Assembly (NCBI GenBank): GCA_009924895.1
Contig: RFQR01000005.1
Location: 3,710 to 67,709 of the forward strand
Length of the DNA stretch: 64,000 nucleotides
From: a bacterium
GTDB lineage: Bacteria > Patescibacteriota > Minisyncoccia > Phycocordibacterales > UBA2100
Direction: 5' to 3'
The stretch's first letter is position 1; every line of letters begins with the position of its first letter. The translations under genes were made by a program, and so were the position numbers. The notes under the pieces were generated by a model. The model ran no database searches, was not told the origin of the DNA, and was given only the letters and a program-made list of their open reading frames with translations. Shown one piece after another: positions 28,978 through 38,518 of this stretch.

Positions 28978-29168
28978 AATCGGACCCCTAAAACACGTAC
29001 GTGTTCGGGAGTATCTGCGGGAACCCTCTGGTTGTACTTTCAACCATAAATTACTTTTCAAATCGCTTGGGAAACTGGGCAGACAAAGAAAGTAATACAA
29101 AGTACTCATCAATCATATTTGATCTGGTAGCCCCAGTGGCTATTATCTAGTGGCTAATCACTATTTTT

Positions 29169-30917
29169 ATGTGTGGCATTTTTGGGTATGTCGGTTCCTC
29201 AGAAAAGGGACCTCAGTTAGTGCAAGAAGGTTTACAGAGACTCGAATATCGTGGTTATGACAGTTGGGGTGTCGGAGCTCTTGCGGGCGGAAGTATTAAT
29301 GTTTACAAAAAAACAGGCATTGTCTTCCGTGAGGCACTTCCCCTTCCTGTTGCAAATCGTGCGGTGGGTCATACACGCTGGGCAACGCACGGCGCTGTCA
29401 CGGATGCAAACGCACATCCGCATATGGCATCAGACAATTCTTTTATCCTCTGTCACAACGGGATTGTTGAAAACGCGGACGCCCTCAAGCAAAAATTACA
29501 AAAATATGCGTTCGTCTCGCAAACAGATACTGAAGTAATTGTTCATCTCGTTGAAGAGTATGCGAAAAAAGTTTCGCTTCAAGAAGCGGTACGCCGCGCG
29601 TTTAAGGAGCTCGCTGGGCGCAACACGGTTATTGTGCTTTCCCGCTCTGGTGATGTGTACGCAGTGCGCAACGGATCGCCCTTGGTTGTTGGTACGAATA
29701 AACGAGGGGAATACTTCTTCTCTTCAGATTCACTTTCACTCGGATCGCACGCAGAGAACATACTCGTTGTTGAAAATGGTCAGATGGTGGTTTGCTCGAA
29801 TGACGCACTTGCACTCTCGGTGGTGGCGACGGGAAAAAAAGCTACGCAAAAGTGGGAGGCATATCGCGCTCCTTCTACTGTTGCAGACAAAGGGTCGTAT
29901 CCACATTACATGATTAAGGAAATTCATGATTCCGCTGCTGCGGTATTGGAAGTCTTGAAAGATAAGACTAACTTTGCGCCATTGGTGAGTGCCATTAAAA
30001 AAGCACGAACGGTGTATTGCATTGGTTCAGGCACGGCAGGTGTCGCAGCGCAGCAGATTGCATTTTACTTACGCTCTATTGCAGGTGTGCGTGCAGTGCA
30101 CTTGATTGGTGGCGAAGCGAGTGAATATGCTGATCTTATCGGTAAAAGTGACCTCTGCATTGCGCCATCACAAAGTGGTGAGACAGCAGATGTGCTTGAA
30201 GTGTTAGAGAAGGCACAAAAGCGCGGAGCGAAAATTGCATCGTACGTAAACATGTACGGAAGCATGATGACGCGCATGTCTGACTTTCCGTTTATGGCAA
30301 ATGCTGGTCCCGAAATCTGCGTAATGTCGACAAAAATATTCACTTCACAAATTGCGTGGGGGTATATGCTTGCCCACCGTGTTGCAGGTACGGCGTCACG
30401 AGGTATACGAGACATCCGTGCTCTTGTCACGGGTATGTATAGGTACCTCGCGGATACTGACTCCCAAAAGCAGATTCAAGAATTTGCAAAAGAGGCAGCG
30501 CAGATGCCCCACCTATTTCTCATGGCAAAAGGGCAAAACGCAGCGATTATCCGTGAAGGCATGGTGAAGATTATTGAAGGGTCCTACGTGCACGCTCACG
30601 CAATTCCTTCGGGTGATTTGAAGCACTATGCTATTACGCTGATGGAAAAAGGCACGCCCGTAATCGCACTTGTTTCAGATGATGACGTGCGAACTGATGT
30701 AGAAAATGCAGTTCATGAAGTGACTGCGCGTGGAGCGCGCGTGGTTACGATTGGAGCTGAAGATGATGCGCTACTACGTGTGCCAAGAGTCGGAGGCGCA
30801 GCGGGTGCTGTGCTGAATGTACTACCGCTTCAGCTGCTCGCCTATCATATGGCTGTTGCGCGAGGAAACAATGTCGACAAACCGCGCAATATTGCGAAGA
30901 GTGTGACCGTCAAATAA
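29169..30917 (+). CDS. glmS: Glutamine--fructose-6-phosphate aminotransferase
   Basis: MCGIFG, LEYRGYDS, GHTRWATHG, SQSGETAD, PRNIAKSVTV. Confidence 0.97.
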   Translation: MCGIFGYVGSSEKGPQLVQEGLQRLEYRGYDSWGVGALAGGSINVYKKTGIVFREALPLPVANRAVGHTRWATHGAVTDANAHPHMASDNSFILCHNGIVENADALKQKLQKYAFVSQTDTEVIVHLVEEYAKKVSLQEAVRRAFKELAGRNTVIVLSRSGDVYAVRNGSPLVVGTNKRGEYFFSSDSLSLGSHAENILVVENGQMVVCSNDALALSVVATGKKATQKWEAYRAPSTVADKGSYPHYMIKEIHDSAAAVLEVLKDKTNFAPLVSAIKKARTVYCIGSGTAGVAAQQIAFYLRSIAGVRAVHLIGGEASEYADLIGKSDLCIAPSQSGETADVLEVLEKAQKRGAKIASYVNMYGSMMTRMSDFPFMANAGPEICVMSTKIFTSQIAWGYMLAHRVAGTASRGIRDIRALVTGMYRYLADTDSQKQIQEFAKEAAQMPHLFLMAKGQNAAIIREGMVKIIEGSYVHAHAIPSGDLKHYAITLMEKGTPVIALVSDDDVRTDVENAVHEVTARGARVVTIGAEDDALLRVPRVGGAAGAVLNVLPLQLLAYHMAVARGNNVDKPRNIAKSVTVK

Positions 30918-30986
30918 ATAAAGAGACCCCTGTCGGTATAGCGGGGCTCTGTGGCGAAGTAGGGCAATCCTAGCAAACCGAGAAAC

Positions 30987-31214
30987 TTAGTCGATGTCTC
31001 TCAGGGCTGCTTTTGTGAAGAAGTACTCGTGCTCATGACTCGCGAACTCATCGTCCGTAAGTCTGAACAAAAGACGTTCCTCACATTGGATAAGGCGCCT
31101 TACTTCGTCGGCAGAGACCGCGAGGCCATTCTGCCGATCCTCCTTGAGATCCTTGGAAAAGATCTGAAGGAAGCGCTGTTTTTGAGGGGACAGCACCCTT
31201 TTGGTGTGGCTCAT
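30987..31214 (-). CDS. Orphan protein with SD
   Basis: GGAG-led 75-aa ORF converging on glmS, with a hairpin at about 30922-30950. Confidence 0.45.
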   Translation of the reverse strand: MSHTKRVLSPQKQRFLQIFSKDLKEDRQNGLAVSADEVRRLIQCEERLLFRLTDDEFASHEHEYFFTKAALRDID

Positions 31215-31274
31215 CGCCAGTACTCCAACCGCTACCCGATCGTAGCGTAATGAGATTATACATTATTAGTTAAT

Positions 31275-32900
31275 TTATGTCAAATTAATCTTGTCCAGTT
31301 CAATAATAAATCGTGACCCCTTATCCTTCCCTTCTGATTCTGCCCAGACTTTTCCACCCATACCTTCAATGAATGTGCGACCGAGATAGAGTCCAAGGCC
31401 AGTGCCAAGGAGGTTAGCCTTTTGCGCGTCAGCTCGCGCAAACTTTTGAAATAATTTCGGGAGCACTTCTGGCGGAATGCCGACACCCGTGTCAGAGACG
31501 GTCGCACGGACTTTTCCATCGTGTTCTGATACGGCAACAGAAATAGAACCAGTGCGTGTGTACTTAAGTGAGTTGTCGAGGATGTTACCTAGGACTTCTT
31601 TAAATTTACCAAGGTCACCTTTGGTCATGACTGATGGTGTTGTTGCGCTAAATTGCAGTCCCCTATCAGCTGCATGTGGACGAAAACCATCGGCAACCTG
31701 CGATACGGCGAGGCCAATGTCAAACGGTGCGATTGAATACGCTATTTGACCGAGTTCCATTTTTGAACGGTCCAAGAATTGTGAGATAAGACGCAGGACA
31801 TCATCACCGGTCAGAAGAATCTGATTCGCTGCACGCGTCGTATCTTTATTTGTCTCCCCCGTTGTGCCGTCAGTAATGAGAGATGCATATCCACGCATGG
31901 CAGTAATTGGATTTCTAATTTCATGTGAAGCAAATGCCATAAATTCTGATTTTTCTTGGCTCAGTTTTTCAACTTCTGCGCGCGCTTTTATCTCGGCGTT
32001 AACGCTTCGCACGAGCAGGTATCCAAAACCAGATATAAGAAAAAGAGAACACCCAACTAATACGTATGCCATTTCTGATGAAACAAACAGAAATTCTGAT
32101 CCAACAGACACGACCAGAGCCACCACGAGTGCTTGTGCGGCTACTAATTTTAGATTAAATGCTCCGTACTGGACTGTTGCATATGCAAGCATCCCGATAA
32201 AGAAAGACATGGTCGCTACTCCATACATCTCGAGACCAAAGTCAGGCAAGAAACCAGCGGAAACGAGATAGCTGTCGAGTGTTCCAGTAAATACAAATGC
32301 AAAAATAAACAGCAGACCGCTTACAATTACAATCCATTTTCCATTTCTTTCCGCCCTAGTATCTGTAATAGAGTCTCGATACCACTGATATGTGCTAAAG
32401 AATATTAAAAGAGTAGCAACAAGACCAAGAAAGTAATAGTAGTTAGTGAACGCGTTGTTCTCCACGACCGCACAGACTTGCGAATCGATACCCTTCACAT
32501 TAAATCCTGTTGGCGTTAACATGATTATGGGTGTCAGCAATAAACCCCACGTGTAAATGAGCCAATCTGGAGTTGTCTTTGAAAGATAGAGTTGTATAAA
32601 CCAATGAGTAAAGAAGAATGTAAAAGCAGTCAATAAACCGAATAACGACCATATAGCAATTTGGAGAGAGGGGCGGTCATAAAAAACCCATACAGTAATA
32701 TCGGCAAAGGTCCATAAAATAAATGTAACCGACAATAAACATAGTACGACTGCCTGCAGTGTTCGCGTATTGTAAAGTACGTAAAATCCGAATAGCGCAG
32801 AAAGGCACATCGCGGGAATGTGTGTGTACAGCAACAGTGGAAACGTCTCTGACAGTGTGTTGGAACAGGCGACCAAAAATGGTAAGAGGTTGTAACCCAT
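31275..32900 (-). CDS. Sensor histidine kinase with multi-TM (7TM-like) input domain
   Basis: About 9 TM helices, ASHEIRNP H-box, NILDNSLKY, DTGVGI, GTGLGL. Confidence 0.93.
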   Translation of the reverse strand: MGYNLLPFLVACSNTLSETFPLLLYTHIPAMCLSALFGFYVLYNTRTLQAVVLCLLSVTFILWTFADITVWVFYDRPSLQIAIWSLFGLLTAFTFFFTHWFIQLYLSKTTPDWLIYTWGLLLTPIIMLTPTGFNVKGIDSQVCAVVENNAFTNYYYFLGLVATLLIFFSTYQWYRDSITDTRAERNGKWIVIVSGLLFIFAFVFTGTLDSYLVSAGFLPDFGLEMYGVATMSFFIGMLAYATVQYGAFNLKLVAAQALVVALVVSVGSEFLFVSSEMAYVLVGCSLFLISGFGYLLVRSVNAEIKARAEVEKLSQEKSEFMAFASHEIRNPITAMRGYASLITDGTTGETNKDTTRAANQILLTGDDVLRLISQFLDRSKMELGQIAYSIAPFDIGLAVSQVADGFRPHAADRGLQFSATTPSVMTKGDLGKFKEVLGNILDNSLKYTRTGSISVAVSEHDGKVRATVSDTGVGIPPEVLPKLFQKFARADAQKANLLGTGLGLYLGRTFIEGMGGKVWAESEGKDKGSRFIIELDKINLT

Positions 32901-32904
32901 AGTT

Positions 32905-33687
32905 TTATTGGGGTCGATTCATTGGTGAAAAAAGCTCTCGCACCCCTTTTGGATAGTAATTCCAAAATGGTGAGCTGTCATTCTCTTCGGGGATCATTGG
33001 CACGATAAGGGGTCTGAGCCCAAAGAGGCGCTCTAATTCTTGGACTGCGGGTATTGCTTTATTGTAGGTAAAGTTTTTTTGCTCTTCGTCCGAATCTAGA
33101 AAGTTCTCAAATAAAATACCTTCGGTGACAAATAATCCTAGATACCTCAAATATGAGTGTTTATCTGAAAATTTTTCTGCAGAAAAAAACCATCCAGAAT
33201 AGTCAACAACGAGAGGTTTATTGGAAGAAAAATAACCCTCATACAATTTTTTATGAAACGATGTAAGGTGCTCCCCTTCCAATGTCATAACCTCTTTTAT
33301 TTGTTTTCCCTCGTTGTTCTTAAAATCGACTATAATTCTTTTTTCAATAATAGAAAAATGCAACGGATCGTCAGTGTCAGAGAAAATCATTTTCCCTAAA
33401 CACCTTTTCTCTGGGTTGAGACCAACAAATTTATCTTCAGGTCCTTGAAAAAAGAGTGTGGGTATAGAAAGTTGGGGCACCACTTTTTTTACGAAATGAT
33501 TAATTTCGTGGGTCGGGGATAGTAAAGCACGGGATACCACAGCGTATGGGACGTTTTGTAGTATTTCAGGCGACGGCAAGGTACGAAAATAAGAACTTAC
33601 AGCATTGAGAAGTGACTTGTCTGAGCGTCGATGTTCTAGCTCGCGTAGAGCCTTGTCAAGTGTAAAATAGAGATCATGTTTTTCCAT
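32905..33687 (-). CDS. Soluble hypothetical protein, operonic with the kinase
   Basis: 260-aa ORF with 3-4 bp gaps to both neighbours; AT-rich. Confidence 0.75.
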   Translation of the reverse strand: MEKHDLYFTLDKALRELEHRRSDKSLLNAVSSYFRTLPSPEILQNVPYAVVSRALLSPTHEINHFVKKVVPQLSIPTLFFQGPEDKFVGLNPEKRCLGKMIFSDTDDPLHFSIIEKRIIVDFKNNEGKQIKEVMTLEGEHLTSFHKKLYEGYFSSNKPLVVDYSGWFFSAEKFSDKHSYLRYLGLFVTEGILFENFLDSDEEQKNFTYNKAIPAVQELERLFGLRPLIVPMIPEENDSSPFWNYYPKGVRELFSPMNRPQ

Positions 33688-33690
33688 ATA

Positions 33691-34044
33691 TCACAACGGT
33701 GATGAGCTTGCCTGTTCTGAAACGCTGCAGGGAATCTCAGAAGATGTATCACAATAACTTTCGAAACAGTTTACTCCATCGCTGGGTTTGCATTGTTGCT
33801 CCGGGCATTCACCTGCCCAAGCACGACACCTTTCAATGAGATATGCCTTTCGATGAATAAGCTTGTAGAAAGTGGGGGTTAGCAAACTGTCTCCAACGAA
33901 ACAAGAGTGTAATGACGGGTCACATGTTACGGGTGTTACTGTCATGTAATCCTGCCTTATGTAAAAGTGGTACACCGAGAAGAGAATGGATACACAAAAA
34001 CCAATCAGAAGTAATGAGAGTACAAAAGTGAACTTACGTCTCAT
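33691..34044 (-). CDS. Membrane-anchored Cys-rich protein
   Basis: One TM, then 8 Cys (CDPSLHSCF...C....C....C...C...C...C). ATG 34044 lies 8 nt after TATACT. Confidence 0.7.
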   Translation of the reverse strand: MRRKFTFVLSLLLIGFCVSILFSVYHFYIRQDYMTVTPVTCDPSLHSCFVGDSLLTPTFYKLIHRKAYLIERCRAWAGECPEQQCKPSDGVNCFESYCDTSSEIPCSVSEQASSSPL

Positions 34045-34079
34045 GGGACTAGAGTATACAACATATTTCAAATGCCCTG

Positions 34080-34625
34080 TTATCTCAAGAACGAAGCGGC
34101 AAAGTAAATTTGGCGTACAACCTCAACTATAATAACCCATCGGAGCGTCCAGTATGCGTTTGAAAAAAGGACCGCTGTCCAAAAAATTTTCCAATCTCGA
34201 CGTGTCATCCCGTTAAACTGATTTTTTTTGTGCCTAAAATAAACCACTACCATAAAGGGGTCTCCATGCGTAGACAGAATTAGAAATGCTGGGATACTCC
34301 CAAGATGCAGTAATTTGCGTATCAAGTTTGCAAACCAACTTAGTTCGTGATCCTCATCCTTCCATTCTTTTATGAGCTCAAATCCAAGCCAGTCTCTTCT
34401 ACTCTTGTCGTACACTTGTAAATAAATAAGTGATATAACAGCAGAAAGAGGCATCATGACCCAGAAACTCCAAATGAGACCCCAAACAGTCCCAAAGTGA
34501 GCTGTGCACCATGCGGTTACTGTGCCATAAAGCAACCAATCAAAAAGAAACTCCTCAATCCTCTTTAACGTGTGCCCTGTCGCAACAATTGCGGCTTTTT
34601 TTCCATGAGAGTGATGTTCTGACAC
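34080..34625 (-). CDS. Membrane protein, paralog of 34679-35248
   Basis: EEFLFDWLLYG, DWLG.EL, DPFM..VYFR, SN.YWT.RW. Probable GTG start at 34625. Confidence 0.75.
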   Translation of the reverse strand: MSEHHSHGKKAAIVATGHTLKRIEEFLFDWLLYGTVTAWCTAHFGTVWGLIWSFWVMMPLSAVISLIYLQVYDKSRRDWLGFELIKEWKDEDHELSWFANLIRKLLHLGSIPAFLILSTHGDPFMVVVYFRHKKNQFNGMTRRDWKIFWTAVLFSNAYWTLRWVIIVEVVRQIYFAASFLR

Positions 34626-34678
34626 ATACGTAGTATCACATAGAAAGAAGCAGGCGCCGATTTCGCGGCGCCTACTGT

Positions 34679-35248
34679 TCAGTTTGTGAGCTGTTGCCAG
34701 AGAGGTCGTAGCACTGGCTCGACGTAATCCCACACGTACCAGATGAGCTGAACTAACGCACTCCAGCGCACTGTCCAGTATGTGTTCGATACGAAAACGC
34801 TGCACCAGAAGATATTAGTGTCACGTCCGGTTAGCTTCGTGTACGTTTCGCCTTTTTTTCGAAAATATACTGTCGTCATGAACGGGTCAGTCCAGAACGA
34901 CAATACAAAAAAAGCAGGTACACCCTTTCCGCTTCGCACGATTGCTCGTGCTTTTCTGGTGAACCAATTTCCACCTTTTGAGCGTTTCAATTCTTTTAAG
35001 AGCTCAAGTCCAAGCCAGTCTTTGCCGATTGCGTTGTAGATTGCAATCCAAAAAAAAGACACGCAAGCAGAAAGTGGCGCCATGATGCAAAATGCCGCCA
35101 GGCTTCCATATACGGGACCCCATTCGGCGTTGCAATACCACGTTACTGCTCCATACAAGAGCCAATCGAAAAGGAATTCTTCGACCCGCTTGAATCCATG
35201 GCCGGTCATGATGGTGCCGGCACGGATGAAAACATTTTTCCATGCCAA
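34679..35248 (-). CDS. Membrane protein, paralog of 34080-34625
   Basis: Same motifs as its neighbour; AAGGAG upstream of the TTG start. Confidence 0.75.
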   Translation of the reverse strand: MAWKNVFIRAGTIMTGHGFKRVEEFLFDWLLYGAVTWYCNAEWGPVYGSLAAFCIMAPLSACVSFFWIAIYNAIGKDWLGLELLKELKRSKGGNWFTRKARAIVRSGKGVPAFFVLSFWTDPFMTTVYFRKKGETYTKLTGRDTNIFWCSVFVSNTYWTVRWSALVQLIWYVWDYVEPVLRPLWQQLTN

Positions 35249-35589
35249 AGCACATCTCCTTCCTGTTGGTGACCACCACGGTCACGCTGTTTATTTTTAT
35301 ACCACGATTTCAAGCTAATTACAAACTCTACTTATGAAACTGCTTTGTAGTATGTTTCTTAACGCCACCGAGTACCCCCTTGCATCGTCGAGTGCATTAT
35401 GGGTGTGCTCAGGCATGCCTCTGGTTACCTCTTCTGGCCAGTGTAGCGTCTGATGGTGCAGGAGTAGATATTTCAAACGGTGTTAGTGCGTCAATGTGTT
35501 CAATGTAGCACAAGTGGGTTGTGAGTTTGCGTGACGCCACATTCACTGCCGCTCCTTGCATAAAAGCCTCTACCCCTCATAATTCCCTT

Positions 35590-36921
35590 ATGATCCCACG
35601 GCATATTGCCTTGGTTTCTTCCTTCGCCCTCCTATCGTTGTTTTCTGTTGCATCAGCTGCGCAGTGCAGCATGGTATGGGATAAGACGCTTCGCAAAGGA
35701 ATGACTGGCCCACAGGTGTCTGCTCTCCAGGCATATTTTGGTCTCGAACAGGCGGGTATCTATGGCAATAAGACCGTTGCTGCAGTGAAAGCATTCCAGA
35801 AAAAAAATGGCATTACCCAAACCGGTGAACTGGGGCCCAAAACTCGCGCGGTTCTCAACTCACTTTGTGTCGTTCCACTGGCATCTACCGCAACATTAAC
35901 TGGTCAAGTAAATGGCGTCGAAATTGTCGCTGATGCACTGACTGTTTCGGATGCTGCCCAGCCCTCACCAACTCTTGCTCCCCCGAACGCGCTCTATGTT
36001 CCCTTCACGCGCTTCACGCTCACGGCTGGGCCTAAGGATGTAACTGTAAAAAGTATCACCGTTAAGCGAGTTGGCATGGGGCAAGATCAGGCTTTTGACT
36101 ACATTTCACTTCTGGACGATTCAAATTCAGAAGTAACTTACGGCTATATTGGTAGTGAGCACAAAATTGTATTTAACCGTGACACTATCACTATCCCGGC
36201 TGGTGAGTCACAAATATTTACGATTGCTGGCAATATGAAAGATGATCTCACTGACTATGACGGACAGATGCCAGCGTTACGCCTTAGTGCAATTGTTGCG
36301 TCGTCGCCTGTTGGCGGCACGCTCCCTATTACTGGAACCATGCAAACGATCAACGAGTCATTAACGATTGGAACGGCAGAAACTGCACTTTCGTCGTTTG
36401 ATCCAGGTGCCGCTAATAATCGCACCATTAATGATACAGCTGTGCGCTTCTCTGGTATTCGAATCAGTGCGGGTTCAAAAGAGGACTTAATCTTAAAAGG
36501 AATTACCTGGCGCCAAAATGGGAGCGCAAGTATGAATGATCTTGCGAATGTCGTTGTTACTGTTGATGGAATAAGCTATCCAACCGAAGTGAGTGATGGG
36601 CGCGACTACTACGCTTCTATCCAGAATACTATTATTCCGAAAGGTTTCTCGAAGGATATTTACATCTCTGGTGATATTCTTCCTTCAGCAGCAAACAGAA
36701 CCGTGAAATTTGATATCAAAGATTCTGCAAACATTGAAGTGTGGGGCAAGATGTACGGTTTTGGTATTGCTCCCTACCCAGCATCAAATACTGCGGATAC
36801 GGGCGAATCAGTTTTTCTCACCACCGACGGCACGACTGACGGCGATTCACTCTCTCCATTTTTCTCTGGTTCAACAGCGACGATTTACGGGGCAACCATC
36901 AACGGGTTCTCAAAAATTTAA
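35590..36921 (+). CDS. Secreted peptidoglycan-binding-domain protein with beta-rich repeats
   Basis: Signal peptide, LRKGMTGPQVSALQ...TVAAVKAFQKKNG...GPKTRAVLN, followed by Ig-like/S-layer-like domains. Confidence 0.8.
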   Translation: MIPRHIALVSSFALLSLFSVASAAQCSMVWDKTLRKGMTGPQVSALQAYFGLEQAGIYGNKTVAAVKAFQKKNGITQTGELGPKTRAVLNSLCVVPLASTATLTGQVNGVEIVADALTVSDAAQPSPTLAPPNALYVPFTRFTLTAGPKDVTVKSITVKRVGMGQDQAFDYISLLDDSNSEVTYGYIGSEHKIVFNRDTITIPAGESQIFTIAGNMKDDLTDYDGQMPALRLSAIVASSPVGGTLPITGTMQTINESLTIGTAETALSSFDPGAANNRTINDTAVRFSGIRISAGSKEDLILKGITWRQNGSASMNDLANVVVTVDGISYPTEVSDGRDYYASIQNTIIPKGFSKDIYISGDILPSAANRTVKFDIKDSANIEVWGKMYGFGIAPYPASNTADTGESVFLTTDGTTDGDSLSPFFSGSTATIYGATINGFSKI

Positions 36922-37406
36922 CCTCTTGCAAATGAGAGCAGCGAGAACGAACCAACAATAATCCAAAAGAAATAGCTCGCAGTGATGTATTCGGCAACAC
37001 TACCGAAATGCCACAGCGTACCAAGAGCAGGGACACTGTTCCACATCAGAAGCATGAGCGCGGTTGCTCCGAGTGCTGCGCAGAGTGACGACACGATACC
37101 GATACCGAAATCTCCATAGGAAATCGTCATGCGGCGTACTGCAAGATAGGTGACCACAAATATTCCGCCAAAGACGAGCGCCTGCATTTTCTCAGTAGAT
37201 GCTGCCGTTATAATTCCTGAAAGCAGAAATGTCTGAGACAGAAGAGAAAAGAGATACGGTGCAATGAGTGCAGTAAGACCAAGTGTTACTGCTCGTCCCG
37301 CGCCACCGCGCATTGCATCAAGTGCTACCAGGGTAAAAAAAGCGAGAATAATAAACCAGTCTGATGCAATAACGGCGAGTGTCGTCGAAAGTGACGGTGC
37401 GTGCAT
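36918..37406 (-). CDS. Membrane protein (CvpA-like topology)
   Basis: Five hydrophobic helices, immediately downstream of dnaJ. Confidence 0.6.
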   Translation of the reverse strand: MHAPSLSTTLAVIASDWFIILAFFTLVALDAMRGGAGRAVTLGLTALIAPYLFSLLSQTFLLSGIITAASTEKMQALVFGGIFVVTYLAVRRMTISYGDFGIGIVSSLCAALGATALMLLMWNSVPALGTLWHFGSVAEYITASYFFWIIVGSFSLLSFARG

Positions 37407-37413
37407 GCCGCCA

Positions 37414-38496
37414 TTATAGCCCCTCGCTACGCATTTTCTCTACCAATTCGCGTGCGGAACGTGATAACTTTTTAGGGAACGTAATATCAATTTTTACGAG
37501 CAAGTCGCCGCGAGAGCCGCGCGCAAGTGGAACGCCGCGACCGCGGATACGCAGCACTTCACCGTGGGTGATGCCCGCCGGCACCGAAACAGAAACATCC
37601 CCATCAGGAGCAGCTATGGTAAAATCTCCCCCCAACAGCGCGTCGGTCAATTTAATAGAAAGTGATGTTAGTAAGTGATTTCCTTCGCGCGTAAAGTGCT
37701 TGTCGGCACGTACATGTACTTTTACGTACAAATCTCCGGCAGTACCACTGAGTATTGCTTCACCCATACCGGGCATGCGAATCATTTCTCCGTCTTCTAT
37801 GCCAGATGGCACGGTGATACGGATTTCCTCTTGCCGTTTTTGAACTCCTTCGCCACGACACAAAGCGCAGGCTTCTTGCGGTACCTGCCCGCGTCCGTGA
37901 CAGGTCGGACAGGGACGACTTGAGGTAAATGCACCAAAGAAGGTATTGCGTGACTCGTGTATTTCACCCTTGCCGTTGCAGATGCTGCATGATTGCATCT
38001 TGCTTCCCTTTTTCGCACCGGTTCCTTCGCACGTCGCACACGCTGACAGTTTTGAAATGAGAACGCGGCGCTCTGTGCCAAAGAGCGCTTCTTTGAGTGG
38101 CAACTCAACATCGATGGAAATGTCGCGACCTCGTCTCTGGCGCGGTCCTCGTCGCCCCCCTGCTCCAAACATTTCACCGAAGATATCGCCGAGATCGAAT
38201 TCAAACGATTGACCATTTTGGAATCCACCAAAGTTTGAAAAATCAAAACCGCCAAAATTACCGGGTCCTCCTGCGCCCCCCATGCCTGGTCCTGCCTGCC
38301 CAAAGGTGTCGTATTGTTGGCGTTTTTGTTTGTCGGAGAGTACCGCATAGGCCTCGCTCACCTCTTTGAACTTTGCCTCGTCGCCGCCTTTTTTATCAGG
38401 ATGATATTTGTGCGCAAGCGTTCGAAACGCCTTTTTTATGTCGTCTTCTGAAGCACTTTTGGATACCCCTAAGATGTCGTAATAGTTTTTTGCCAT
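37414..38496 (-). CDS. dnaJ: Chaperone DnaJ
   Basis: HPD motif, G/F region, four CxxCxGxG repeats. Confidence 0.97.
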   Translation of the reverse strand: MAKNYYDILGVSKSASEDDIKKAFRTLAHKYHPDKKGGDEAKFKEVSEAYAVLSDKQKRQQYDTFGQAGPGMGGAGGPGNFGGFDFSNFGGFQNGQSFEFDLGDIFGEMFGAGGRRGPRQRRGRDISIDVELPLKEALFGTERRVLISKLSACATCEGTGAKKGSKMQSCSICNGKGEIHESRNTFFGAFTSSRPCPTCHGRGQVPQEACALCRGEGVQKRQEEIRITVPSGIEDGEMIRMPGMGEAILSGTAGDLYVKVHVRADKHFTREGNHLLTSLSIKLTDALLGGDFTIAAPDGDVSVSVPAGITHGEVLRIRGRGVPLARGSRGDLLVKIDITFPKKLSRSARELVEKMRSEGL

Positions 38497-38518
38497 AGGT
38501 TAAGACTAAGGAAGAATA

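Larger units (their letters stand above)
28618..29104 (+). ncRNA. glmS ribozyme/riboswitch interrupted by a GIY-YIG ORF
   Basis: AGCG start; P1; ACGAGG; P2 AGAGGG/CCCTCT; ATCG; TGCGGG; P3 GGTTG/CAACC; P4 ATTACTTT/AAAGTAAT; P4.1 GCTTGG-GAAA-CTGGGC; P3.1 TACTTT/AAAGTA. Lies directly upstream of glmS. Confidence 0.85.
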
